Origin: Dimorphilus gyrociliatus
Lineage: Eukaryota; Animalia; Annelida
Length of the DNA: 64,000 nucleotides
Assembly: GCA_904063045.1 (NCBI GenBank)
Contig: CAJFCJ010000006.1
Location: forward strand, 1,245,771-1,309,770
Direction of reading: 5' to 3'
In this document: piece by piece, positions 12,106 through 23,930 of the stretch
How positions within the stretch are numbered: position 1 is the first letter of the stretch
Layout: each line of letters begins with the position of its first letter
The notes under the pieces: model-generated
What the model was told of the DNA's origin: nothing
The model's database searches: none
The model's input: the letters and a program-made list of their open reading frames with translations, nothing else
Made by a program: the position numbers and the translations under genes

Positions 12106-13120
12106 GCACATTGTTTTTACGACTATTCTTTTTATATTTTTTTAAACAATATCTTTATTATAAATAAGAATAAAAAGTATTTGTTACTATTACAGATATT
12201 ATCTTATAAGTTTTGAGATGAAGCATAGATTAAGCAATAAAAACACTTGAATTTTGATTTTGAATACTCTATCTCGTTTTTATTTAGGTTTTAACTACAA
12301 AACACTCTTCTTCCTTTTTAAGTATATTTATATAAACAATAAATAAATATGTTAAAACTGATACATAATATGCAAACCAATAGTTTATTAGTAACACTAT
12401 TTTTCCATATGCAAATCATGCAGTAACACTTTTTTCTAACAGTATTTTGACTAGACTTAAGGTAATGGCTTGAAATTTGTACCAGATGATTGAGTAGTGT
12501 GATATTTACCATTTTTTATTACATGAACACCATATATATATATAAACATATGCATATATATTTAAATGTTTACAGATAGATTGATTTTCTATATATATAT
12601 ATAGATATTTCTACTTAAACGTTTGTTACATTGTCAACACCTACAAGGTAACTTATAAAAACTCTATTAATATATCTTAATATATATATATTTATACAAT
12701 TTACTCATTAAATTTCAAATATATCATAATAAATGTGAGTGGTCAACACAATCTTTAATCTTGATATATTGAAAGCATTCTAGTGGTATCGAGAGATAAT
12801 ATAATACTCTTTTTATTGTTGTGATTAATAAAAGAATCTATAAATTAGCTTATTTAAATCTTTAATAGTCTATAATTCCTTTATTTAAACACATATTTAA
12901 AATATTTTCGACCATTAACTTATTAATTTCGAAAATAATTTTAATGAATAAATTCTTATATTTTACTTATCTCTATTGAATTATTAAATGAATATAGAGC
13001 ATAATAATGATTTTAAGCATTCAGTTTGTAAGTTTATTTAACTTTTCTTCCCAACAGTTATATAAATAATAGCGCAAGACCGACTAAATCACTGAGCGAT
13101 AATTAGCGATTAATTCAAAA

Positions 13121-15930
13121 ATGAGATTATTCTTTGTGAAGATATTCTTTATTTTCTGCCAAATTTATTATATAACAAGCAATGATAGCTTCTGGAAGGA
13201 TATGAGAATACCAGAGGAACATCTTCCATATGCACTATTTAAGGGAGGATTATTAGGTCAAATTTGTATGAAAGATAAATCCTGTCCGTACAAGGTAGTA
13301 AGCCCTATTCGGTATTGCGGATTAGAATAACTAGTCAATAATCATTTCTTAAACGTGCTATAGAAATTTACGAATTCAACAAAGTGTTGGGGCTACGAAG
13401 AAGGATGTAATGATTGGGGAAATCGTTTTTTAAAGCCAGAATGTCCTGAAAAGGCACCCTATGGCTGGTAAGTCTAAGTTTCTCTTTTCAAAAATTTATC
13501 AACCACTTCAAAACTATTATCTGATAAATCTTTCCATGAAAAGGGTACCAGAAGGAGAAGATCAGATAGGTCAATGGTGGCTACAGGGTGATTTTGGATA
13601 TGTTAAATCCGTTAGAGATAGTATACAGCCTTTCTGCGAACCGGAAACTGAGGTTTGCATACAACGTTTGTATGTCTTAGATTAAACTAATTTATCTTAC
13701 AGACTGATTCGTCTTTGTATTGTTCTGAAAATACTCGTTTTTGCAAAGGAAAGAATTTATATATCGATTTTACAAGAATTCGATTTTCTGAAAATACTAA
13801 TAGGTTTAAACTTTTGTTCTATTCTTTTTTTTCTTTATTCTTTTCGTTAAGAATAATATTAATATATAAATTGACAAAACGTTCTATATTTTTCGAAAGT
13901 GAAGCAATAATAATGACAACAGTATAAAAGAACTCTAATTAAAACTGACTAAAGACTAGTTTTTTATTTAAAAAAAAAGAAAAAAAACGACTATAAAATG
14001 GCTTCCTATAATTTTGATCTATACAGTATATAAATTTATGCTCTTCAGAATAGAAAACGAGCAAGCCATACTTTTATTCTTTAAGGAAACTCTTTATAAT
14101 CTTCATTTTTTATCTTTAGATAATTATGTAACTAACACAAAAGAACAATGCCAAACCCTTGTAATTTCTTCTTTTAAATTGTTCTCTGTTAGAGAGAACC
14201 CATGAGCTTTTATTATTGATGTTTTTTTTAATAATAGATTCCAGGAGGACATATTTAGAGAAGGTGAAATTGGAGGTCATTGTCGTTTGAATAAAAATTT
14301 ATTTACAAAGAATGGAGAACACAAGAGTCCATTACAATCTTGGTAATAATTACGTTAAAAAGTAATACCGTAACAATTTTTCTACATTGATAAAATCATT
14401 TTTATAGGTACGCTGAGTTGGAGAACTACAGAGCTTTACCGTTTCAAGTTCCAAGCGAAAATCATTGTGATATTGTTATTAATAAGCCAACTATTCTAAT
14501 GAAACTTGACGCAGGTTTTTACATTTGATATATGGTTTCTTATTATGTTATTAAACTCATTATTTAAAAAAAAAAGGAGTAAACTTGTATCATCATTATT
14601 GTGACTTTTTGAATTTATATGCTTCCCTCCACGTTAATGGATCATTCTCTAATGATGTTGAAATAATTGTATGGGATGTTGTAAGTATTTGAATATTGAA
14701 AAAAAGAACTTTAGTAATATTATGATTATTTAATATTTATAGACTGAATTGCATTACGGAGAGTTATTTTATGACTCTTGGAAGGCATTTGCAAAGTCCG
14801 GCCAATTCACATACTTGAAAAGTTTTGAAGGAAAAAAAGTAATCTTTTATTTATAAGTACTATAAACTGTTTATCATCTAATTCTCTTTACACAGCTGTG
14901 CATTAAAGACTTCATGTTCCCTCTACTACCTCGTATGAGGTATGGTTTATATTACAATACACCTTTGGTAAGTTGCACCATTGTACTCCAGTTATTACTA
15001 TTTTCTATAGAAAAAAAATAAAATTCTTATTTTATCAATGTTATTTTACTGTACATTTCTTATTCATTTACATTGTTTATAAATCTATATAGATACCTGG
15101 ATGTCGAACTACTGGTTTATTTAAGGCGTTTTCAAAATTTTTGATTCATAGACTAAATATTACAAGTAGAGGTCCAATGGTAATTACTTTCAAATAAATT
15201 ATTAATCCTTATAACTATGTTGTTGTCGTTCTTTAGCGCAACAAAATAAGAATTACACTTTTGGAGAGGAAAACACCTTTCAGGAGAATTGTCAATCAGG
15301 CTGAAGTAGGTCTTAATTAGAAATTCATTGTTGCAATTCTGTAAAGAGTTTTAACGTCTCATAAACAATAGATTGTTAAGGCGCTCAAGACAGTCAGCGA
15401 ATACGATATTAACGTTGTAGACTATAGTTTCAGGTAAAACTTATATTCAATAAAAATGCGGGCTAATAATGATTATTTTAAGGGATCTTCCTTTCTTGAA
15501 ACAAGTCGAAATTAGTCACAACAGTGACCTGATGATGGGAATGCATGGAGCAGGTCTAACTCATATGTTGTTTCAACCCGATTGGGCTTCTATTTTTGAA
15601 ATGTCGGTGAAAAAAATTTTAAATATATATTTATTCATAAAGCTGTAAAAAAATTCCTTTGTTTGTAGATATAATTGTGAAGATCCAGATTGCTATAAAG
15701 AGTTAGCCAATCTAAGAGGATTAGATTACAATACATGGGAAAATGATGAAAAATTAGTAAGAGGAAACGAAGTACATCCCAAAACCGGTGATAGGCATGC
15801 AAAATTTGCGAATTACGCTTTTGACGTTGACGAATTTATGAGAATAGTACGTATGGCTGTTGAAAAAATCAAAAGAAATCCGTCGTTCATTGAGGCTAGA
15901 AGGAAAAAATTTGAAAGAGACGAATTTTAA
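13121..15930 (+). CDS. EOGT: EGF-domain-specific O-GlcNAc transferase (GT61), multi-exon
   Basis: Signal peptide, [111 protein letters not shown]; C-terminus RDEF* (ER-retention-like). Confidence 0.95.
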
Positions 15931-16091
15931 TTCATTATGTTTATGTTCTTTCTTTCTGTTTTCTCTTTCTTTCAATTTCAATGTCTCAATTTAGCATATA
16001 AATTTAACGGAGAAGATTTTGTCATTAAACAAAAATTACTTGAATATATATAAGAAAATAGTAGAATTCGTCTTTTCGCATTATTAAGTCT

Positions 16092-19000
16092 TTAATCTTC
16101 TAAAATTTGTTTAATCTCCTCTACCTATTTCGAAAAAGAATAAGATATTCTGACTACTGAGATTTAAAGGAATGAAAAATAAATTAAAAGCGGTATTTAC
16201 CTTGGAATCGTTGCTTTTTCTATTTCCAATAATATTCTTTATTAAGTTTAGTTTGTTTTGTAGTCTCTTTACCTCTTGTCTGCTTGATTGAGCGGGTAAA
16301 CTGTGTCGAGAAGAAATCTTCTTTTGATCACCCCAGACTTCAATGTATAGATTTGAATCGGTTAAATAATCTATAAATTGCCTGTCAACACTATGAATCT
16401 TAAAGGTTGAAGTGTGATCAAATTTTGGATTTGATCCAGGAGAAGTATTAGTTTGGACCTCCTCCTTATAGAATTTATATTTGCACCATGTATTCGTAAA
16501 GCGTTCTGGGATGGAAAGGGCTTGTAGGACATGAATAGATAATGTCAATTTATTCTTTAAAAGATCTATAGGATCGTTAACGCTATCCTTTAGGGTTTGA
16601 GGAACGTCTGGGTTAATATCAACCCTAATAAAACCCGCTTGTTGACCGGTAAAATCTAAAAGAACAACCTCTTCGCCCACAAATTCAAATAGATGAGCTA
16701 AATATTGTAAGGGAATGTTACCGATGCCAACCATTTGTGGTCTATCGTCAAACCAAGGACCATTTTCGGCAGAGGGTAACGTATTTGATTGTTCCCATTC
16801 CTCGTAAGCAGATCTCATGGCTGCTTGCCTGTCGAGGAATTCACTCTTTGACCAAACGTATTCAATACCTTCTTCACTATCTTTAGCATGAACGCAACAT
16901 TCAGATCTTTGACTGACATCACCTCCTCTAAGTTCAGGCGCTACCAGCAGCAAATAAAGTTTTATATTAATTCCCAGTTCATCTGCTATGATGTTCGCGT
17001 CATTAACAGCCTTATACAAGACCATAGCTTCTTGTGCTAATAAAGCATCTTCACTACCAAAGTCAAAGCCAGAATGCTTAGCTACTTCTGCCTGCGCTTC
17101 TTCCCAAGTCACGTCTAACTCCCCCTTTTTACGTGGTTCAATTAGTATGTACAAATTAGTTGTACCAAACATAAGCCTATCCAAATGTCTAACTCTTGTT
17201 CTTTTGAGAATTTCTTGCCCATTATGCCTAACCAATCCGTCAAGCTGTTCGATTCTAACCTGTGTTTATTGGATATCCGACATTAATTACCGCTAGACAA
17301 ATGAGGCATTCCTACTGCAGTTGAGACAGAGTTAGAGAAGCAAACACAATGAGTGGTAACAGTTCGACAAATATATATGTGGAGATATCAAATACGATAA
17401 TAAGAGCATTTATTCCTATACTCTGTCCTTTTGGGATAATCGGAAATATTCTCTCATTCATTATACTAAGAAAAGGTATGCAAACGTCCACAAACTTCTA
17501 CTTGATGTGTGTTGCAATAAGCGATACTTTTGTTGTAACATTACTATCAACTCTACTCTTACTTAACAGCACTACTGGACTAAGTCTGACATTAAGTCTG
17601 AATTGCATTTTAATCGAAGGATTATTCCTTCAAGCTTCATTTATGTCTTCGTGGCTTCTTCTCGCTGTAACTATAGATAGGTTTATAGCCGTTTATTTTC
17701 CACTTAAGGCAAAGCTTTTTTGCACTAGGAAAAGGGCTAAAATAGTATGTCTATTATTTTGTATTTTCTTTCTATCTATTACATCAATACCAGGATTCGG
17801 CCTAAAAAAGGCCATTTCAGTAAGAGAGTTGGGATTATTAGCAATAAATTGTCAAGGTAGAACTGAATTAATAGATTTCTTTTATACAACATTTCTTGTC
17901 TTATTTGACCTGTTGATGTATTCTGTCATACCTGCGTCCGCAATGTTAATATTTAACATTGCTATAGTTGTTAGATTTTTAAGTAACAATAAGGTTGGAT
18001 CTACAATAAATACAATGGTAAAAACCTCTAAGAAGACTACTAAATTACTACTATCAGTTTCAACAGCTTTCATAATTTGTTCGGTACCTCAAGTTTTACT
18101 CTCCGCATACCAAAGTTACGGTAAAGAGTCATACGGAGCAAGCTCTCAGCTGCTGGGAATGCTATATGATTTGACAAGCGTTCTTATTATTATCAATCAT
18201 TCAATGAATTTTATAATGTATATGTTAACTGCAAATTTCTTTCGAAAGTCTTTCACTGAAACCTTTTTTAAGAAATGTAGTGGAAGTTTTCGAAGCACCG
18301 ACTCAAATGGAGATTGATGAGAATGACTTGAAAGACTCTTGGAATATTTCAAACTATTTTCTGTCTTTAACATTTAGTTACGATAATTATTGTTTTGCTT
18401 GTGTATGCTCTGTGCTTGTTTGCAAACTAGAAATAACGAAAATATTACCTTGCCATCGTCTTTACATACAATTCTTGCATGATGTTTAGCAATACCGGGA
18501 CCATTCATAACGATATCTGGCACTACGTTTTTATCTCTGTTATTACCAACTGAACACTCTCGCTTTGGATAAAGAATGTGAATGACTTTTCCAGTCAAGG
18601 CTGGATCTTCGTTTACGTTGATTAAGTGAGGAAATTCTCTCATTTCTCTTTCTATAGCCTTTTCTTTATCGGCCATTTGTTGCATTTTAGTTTCGGCTTC
18701 TGATAATTTCTTTTTATAAGCCTTCTCCATATCAGTTATTCTGTCTTTGTACTCTCTAATTTCTGCCTCTTGCTCTTCTTTCATCTTTCGTAGTTCTTCG
18801 TCAGACAAACCGAACTTGGTGTTCGCTTTTAGGTCTTCCAACTCCTTAAGCAGACGTTCTTTCTCCCCAATCATATCAGCTAAAATCTTATTGGTTTCCG
18901 CTCGATTTACTTCAGCCTTGGTTTTTATAGATTTGGCTCTATCAGCATATTTAAGGGTCGAGAGGGTTTGCTCATAGTTTTCTGAATCTGGGCTTATTGC

Positions 19001-19984
19001 TGCTAACATAACGGTTTTACTATTTCCCCCCAAAGCATTCATGAGCAGTGATGTAAGAATAGAATCTCTATAAGGGATATGCTGATTCTTTCCCGAACTT
19101 GCCTGATGGCATAGAGCTGATATACAATTGCCTAATGTCAATAAAGACTTATTGATATTAACCGCCTCTTCAAATCTAGTACCCGACGATTCAGTCTGCT
19201 TAGACCTCTCAGAACCGGCCAGATCAACTAGATTGATTGTTGAAAGAACAGTCATTTTTTCTTTAACTTTGGTCTGTGAAATATTAATGCCAACTATCGT
19301 ATGGGCTCTACTACTATGATCGTTCATTTTCGTTGCTGCTATAGTTCTCTGTTTTTCACCATCGGCTATTTTGACTAAGAGATCTTGTCCATTCCATACT
19401 GTTGCCTTAAATAGGCCTTCGACGAAGAAACCTCTCTTTGGATGATTTCTGATATGAAGGTTATGACCTCTAGTTCTAGATTCCAGAAGATCCCTTATTT
19501 TCTCATTATAAATTTCCAACATACTTATGGTTATCTCATTTTGAACGCCTTTTTCATTCTTTCTGTCCAGTCTGCGAAATAGTTCAGAGCATATTCTAGG
19601 GACGATACCCCTATTTTTGTGATCACCCATAACCGAATACGATTTACCACTTCCCGTTTGACCATAGGCGAATAAAGAGCCATTATAGCCTTGTATAGCT
19701 GAATCAAGAAGTTTACTGCCGAGTTCGTTGAAGATATCTTTCTGTTCAATATATTTAGATGATTCTGAATCCTTTGTCAAGTATCCATCTTCTCCGGTAA
19801 CACTTCCATCATGTGACCAGAAAGAATAATCATATGTAAAAGTTTTTGGCTTGTGATTGTCACTTGGGTCCACAAGAATTGTTTGATTATTCCGCATCTT
19901 AACAATTAACTTTGCTCCTTTCTTCAATTCTCTCTTGTTGAAGGGTCTTACCCTAACTGCAACTTTAATATTTTCGGCAGCCAT
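16092..19984 (-). CDS. KIF28: Kinesin-3 family motor, KIF28/KLP-6 type (motor, FHA, C-terminal C2-like region)
   Basis: IKVAVRVRPF, FTYDYSFWSHDG, AYGQTGSGKSYS, NDHSSRAH, LVDLAGSER, PHLINVNEDPAL, FHA (HLDRLMFG), LYIEVWG. Exons 19984-18449 and 17259-~16200, plus a short last exon VEEIKQILED*. Confidence 0.92.
17349..18317 (+). CDS. Intronless class A (rhodopsin-like) GPCR of the FMRFamide/peptide-receptor-like invertebrate expansion, nested in a kinesin intron
   Basis: 322 aa with 7 hydrophobic segments: GIIGN (TM1), VAISD (TM2), TIDRFIAVYFP (DRY variant), IPA (TM5), ICSVP (TM6), NHSMNFIMY (TM7). Confidence 0.93.
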   Translation: MSGNSSTNIYVEISNTIIRAFIPILCPFGIIGNILSFIILRKGMQTSTNFYLMCVAISDTFVVTLLSTLLLLNSTTGLSLTLSLNCILIEGLFLQASFMSSWLLLAVTIDRFIAVYFPLKAKLFCTRKRAKIVCLLFCIFFLSITSIPGFGLKKAISVRELGLLAINCQGRTELIDFFYTTFLVLFDLLMYSVIPASAMLIFNIAIVVRFLSNNKVGSTINTMVKTSKKTTKLLLSVSTAFIICSVPQVLLSAYQSYGKESYGASSQLLGMLYDLTSVLIIINHSMNFIMYMLTANFFRKSFTETFFKKCSGSFRSTDSNGD

Positions 19985-20105
19985 GTTTTATCTAGTATAA
20001 CTCCTTTAAAATTAATATAAAAATACAAATTATGCACCGCCTTTACCGATAAAGAATGTTGAAAAAAATTAGCAGACGTCTTTATCGATTAGTTTTGATA
20101 TTGTT

Positions 20106-20214
20106 GTTGCCTAGCTAAAAGTTTTATTGATTGCACGTACCTATATTACTTCGCGCGCAAATCCGCGCCAAATTAAGAATGGCGTTCTTTTGTATGAATA
20201 TGCTCGGCCATTTT
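20106..20214. promoter_or_regulatory. Bidirectional promoter region (kinesin / coiled-coil gene) with X-box-like and YY1-like motifs
   Basis: GTTGCCTAGCTAA at 20106-20118, CGGCCATTTT at 20205-20214, and local CpG enrichment between divergent starts. Confidence 0.45.
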
Positions 20215-20288
20215 GCAGTAGTTCTCCAGCTTGAACAGATACATTTGAAATTCTTTAGGGAAAATAAGAATTAATAGGCCTATCATTG

Positions 20289-21953
20289 ATGGGAAATAAA
20301 CTGTGCCCTACTCTGGGTAGAGGACGGAGAAAAAACTCTTTCAAGTTGACACCATTAGATGATCCTAGTCGTCATGCTAGGAAACGCCCCGTTTCTCAAC
20401 ATGCAAAGGCATCAAAATATATGTTTGAATCTCCGAAGAAGGAAAACACTGCTGCAGAATCACCTGTAAATTCGAAAGCTCCATCAATCAGAATTGAAGA
20501 GGACGAAGAAATAGTTCTAACAATAAACGATGCGATAGCATCAAAGGAAGCTGATACGGATAAACAACAAATAGTTTGCCATGAAAATATGGGATTTGAA
20601 AGTTCATCGGAGGACGACAACTCGTTAAGAGGAGCAAAGTCGCAATCAACAGAGTTACCAACGAAAACAGATCAATTAACGGTACAAAATTTGGACGATA
20701 TTCGTTTCCGGACAACGCCTGATAGCAGTGTTGCATCGGTGAGGGGTAGCTGTAATTCAGACCAGTTCGACGACAGCGAAATTAAAGATGAAGTTGTTGC
20801 AGAAGAAGAAGCAGATGAAGATTTTATTGTTTTAAATAGAACTGTCCATAGTATTCAAGAAGAAATCGTTACAACTGCTACATCAAAAGAAATAGCCGAA
20901 ATGACTACAAAAGAGGATCAATTTGAAGATATCATGCAAAAATTAGAGCAGATGGTTAACGAAACAACGAGCTTACTCGAGAAAACGAAATATCGGGAGT
21001 CCGTACACGACAATAGTTTAATTGCTTTTATGGATTTTATAAAGAAAAAGCACGAAGATGACGAAAGTAATCAAATTATTTCCGAAATGGAGGAAAAGGA
21101 GAACGAAAACTTAAAATTTTCTCAGTCGTTGAATAAGCAAATGGCAGAGAAACTTGCTGCTCAAGATTTATCTTCTGCTGAATGTTGGCGCCTTTTATCA
21201 GAGCATAAAAAGGTTGTGCAAGACGTAACGAGAAAAAGATTAGAAGAAAGGCAACGACTGCTTGGTAAGCTTAGAGAAAAATTAAAAAATAGAAGCGATT
21301 TTAGGGAACAGGAGAAGGATAAAGAAATAGCCGAAGAACTAGCATCTAAGTCAAGTGATGATGACGAGGAAGAAGCAAACGATAAAGGAGACTTGCAGAA
21401 AGCGCAAGACGATCAGAGTACGATGACAACTTCTAATCAAGTTGCTGGAGAGGTTGTGGTTCATCATCAAATAAGTGATGATACATCATCCCTGTCAAGT
21501 CAAGCCCCGAGTGACGAAATATCGCTTCCAGTGGCTACAAGAGACGGAGAAAGTGCAATTGAAAAAGAGAATGATGCCAATGAAGCGACTGAAAAGAATC
21601 AGTTTTCAATTAGTTTCAACATTCAGCAGGACGGTGTTTTAAAGCAAGATGAGAAACTAGAACACCTTCTTGAACTGAACACAGTGAATGCCATCTGCAG
21701 GGAAAATATTACAAAAAATGACATCGCAACTGTCCTATCCAATTATCAAGATGAAAGAGAAAGGATAGGAAAGCTAAGAGAAGCTGAGAGACATCGAGTC
21801 TTGGAGTCAGTGCAAATGAAATTAATGGAAAAAAGAACTGTTATAAGTATGGAAATGGAGAATATTGGTGAAGAATTAGAAAAAATGCTTCGGCACTCTA
21901 CTGATCAGACGCAGATTCGCGAATTAGTTAGAACTCAACTGCAAAATTTGTAG
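20289..21953 (+). CDS. Uncharacterised acidic coiled-coil protein, N-terminus MGNKLC
   Basis: Single ORF of about 554 codons; acidic disordered N-half, heptad-rich C-half. Confidence 0.75.
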   Translation: MGNKLCPTLGRGRRKNSFKLTPLDDPSRHARKRPVSQHAKASKYMFESPKKENTAAESPVNSKAPSIRIEEDEEIVLTINDAIASKEADTDKQQIVCHENMGFESSSEDDNSLRGAKSQSTELPTKTDQLTVQNLDDIRFRTTPDSSVASVRGSCNSDQFDDSEIKDEVVAEEEADEDFIVLNRTVHSIQEEIVTTATSKEIAEMTTKEDQFEDIMQKLEQMVNETTSLLEKTKYRESVHDNSLIAFMDFIKKKHEDDESNQIISEMEEKENENLKFSQSLNKQMAEKLAAQDLSSAECWRLLSEHKKVVQDVTRKRLEERQRLLGKLREKLKNRSDFREQEKDKEIAEELASKSSDDDEEEANDKGDLQKAQDDQSTMTTSNQVAGEVVVHHQISDDTSSLSSQAPSDEISLPVATRDGESAIEKENDANEATEKNQFSISFNIQQDGVLKQDEKLEHLLELNTVNAICRENITKNDIATVLSNYQDERERIGKLREAERHRVLESVQMKLMEKRTVISMEMENIGEELEKMLRHSTDQTQIRELVRTQLQNL

Positions 21954-22559
21954 ACGTTTTCAAGATTTTTATTCTTTTAAGGCGTGTTAGAAAAAAATTG
22001 ATTTTTTTTGCGACAAAACAAAACCAACAAGATTCTAAAACGAAAAAAAAACAATTGACTTGTTATATAAAAAACTGCTTTATCAAAGTCTTTAAGAATT
22101 AATGAAAACCCCGTTAGATATGACAAATTATATAAAGCAGTTAGCGAAGTTTATATTCAATAAACATCGATGAATGTCGTCTCATTTTCTTTAAATCACG
22201 AACAACTTATCACAATACGCACACCACCCCACTCTTCTACACTTCGTTTCCTCTACAATTTAAAATATAAAAGCGATTTTGATCTAGAATACTTCGAGCC
22301 CACGCCCGTCACACTCCGATCCGACGCCGTTAAAGAATATCGCTTAAGGAATGTCGAAACAACTTCTCCACTTTCTGACTATTTTTTTTTTATGTACATT
22401 TTAATCCACGAGGGAAAATATTAAAAAAAAAAAAACATACAACAAAAAATCACCTCTCGCACCAAAACAAAACCAACAAATACAGCGCCTGAATGGAGCG
22501 AACGTGCCCTCTTATACAAACACAAAATCGCGCGAGTTGTTGGTCAAAAGATTCTCTAT

Positions 22560-23272
22560 CTAAGCTTCAGGACAATCAGCTGCAATATGTCCACACTTTT
22601 GACAATTGTAGCAGAGGGGGCCGTCTTCGTTAGTGCATTCGCGCGCACGATGTCCGCTCTTACCGCATCTATAGCAAACCGTAGCCCTGTTTCCAGTTGC
22701 TTCGCTATCGCAATCTCTGGCCACATGACCGTATCTGGAATTGATAAGATAACATCAAAATCATTTTTGCTTACATGCCAAATTTTTTACCTTCCGCAAC
22801 TGTAGCACTTAGGTCCTCGGCTATATTGACGCCCGCCTGCAGTGTTTCCACCTTCGTCATTATCTTTGTTGTTAGGACAATTTCTAGACACGTGTCCACT
22901 TTCACCACATGTGTAGCAGGCCTTGTCTTCCGGTGCTGCTTCGGGACAGTCCCTGGCGAAATGTCCAGATTCTCCGCAGCTGTAACAGGCGTCCTCTTCC
23001 TTTGTACAATCTCTTGCAATATGTCCACTTTGATTACACTTATAGCATCTTTCAGCTTCTTCTTTGCAGTTCTTAGCGAAGTGGCCAAAGCGATTACACT
23101 TGAAACACTTCTCTAAAAAAGTGAAAATTTATGAAATTAGTAAATGAATTCTATCCTAGCTAATAATATTCAACATACCTCCGCTGTAACCACCACGACC
23201 AGATCTGCAGTCGCGTGCAAAATGGTCAGGCTTTCCACATTTGTAACACTTCACTCTTCCTCCGTTGCTCAT
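22560..23272 (-). CDS. CNBP: CCHC zinc-knuckle nucleic-acid-binding protein (CNBP family), 3 coding exons
   Basis: Eight CX2CX4HX4C knuckles (for example [42 protein letters not shown]) and an RGG-like linker after knuckle 1. Non-coding upstream exons end at 23581 and about 23360. Confidence 0.9.
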
Positions 23273-23728
23273 CCTCTTAACTTCTTCCTGATGCTCCTCC
23301 TAAAAATATATTGAATATAATTAATTATGAGTTTATAGGATAGTAGTGGTCGTTTACATTGTCTACAGTTCCCATTTCAATTCTATGGCTCGAATCCAAG
23401 ATGGACGATTACAAGCTGCTGGGGAAATATGGGAATTTCAGAACCTCATTTTACATAGGGTAGCTACTATGTGGGAACTAGAATAGTCATTTATGGGTTC
23501 ACTAATTATCATAGAATTAATTTAAAAGCTCCAAATTAGCGATTTTGATAAATACGCAAGGAGAAATTTGAAATACTTACCGCTTCCTCTCCGATAGCGA
23601 CCTTCGTCGAGATACACGTGAGTTTTTGCACACGAAACTGCCCACGGTACGGTTTCGGTAATCCGCATAATGGTTCTTATTGGTACATTACCCATGGAAT
23701 TAGTGCCCTACTAAAAACGCTTGTGCAG

Positions 23729-23815
23729 AAAATGGCCGTGTGCAAAACCGTCGCAAAATATATAGAACTTTCTTTAGATCACGTGATCTGTTACATTCAA
23801 AATGGCGGAAACGTG
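23729..23815. promoter_or_regulatory. CNBP/BICD bidirectional promoter with YY1-like motifs
   Basis: AAAATGGCCG at 23729, AAAATGGCGG at 23799, and palindromic AGATCACGTGATCT (E-box core) near 23776. Confidence 0.5.
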
Positions 23816-23930
23816 GTTCGGTTAGATTTGTTCAGTTCAGAAACAGTTGATGGAATAAATAAAATGAATAAATTTTAAAAACAATTATTTCTTGATTATC
23901 AATGAAACGTAACATTACAATCAGCTGACT

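Noticed and set aside
12300-13000. AT-rich stretch with short (AT)n palindromes as a possible MITE
   Set aside because: No terminal inverted repeats or target-site duplication; consistent with ordinary intergenic DNA.
22771-23088. 105-aa minus-strand ORF
   Set aside because: Wrong frame of the CNBP exon; the zinc knuckles are in another frame.
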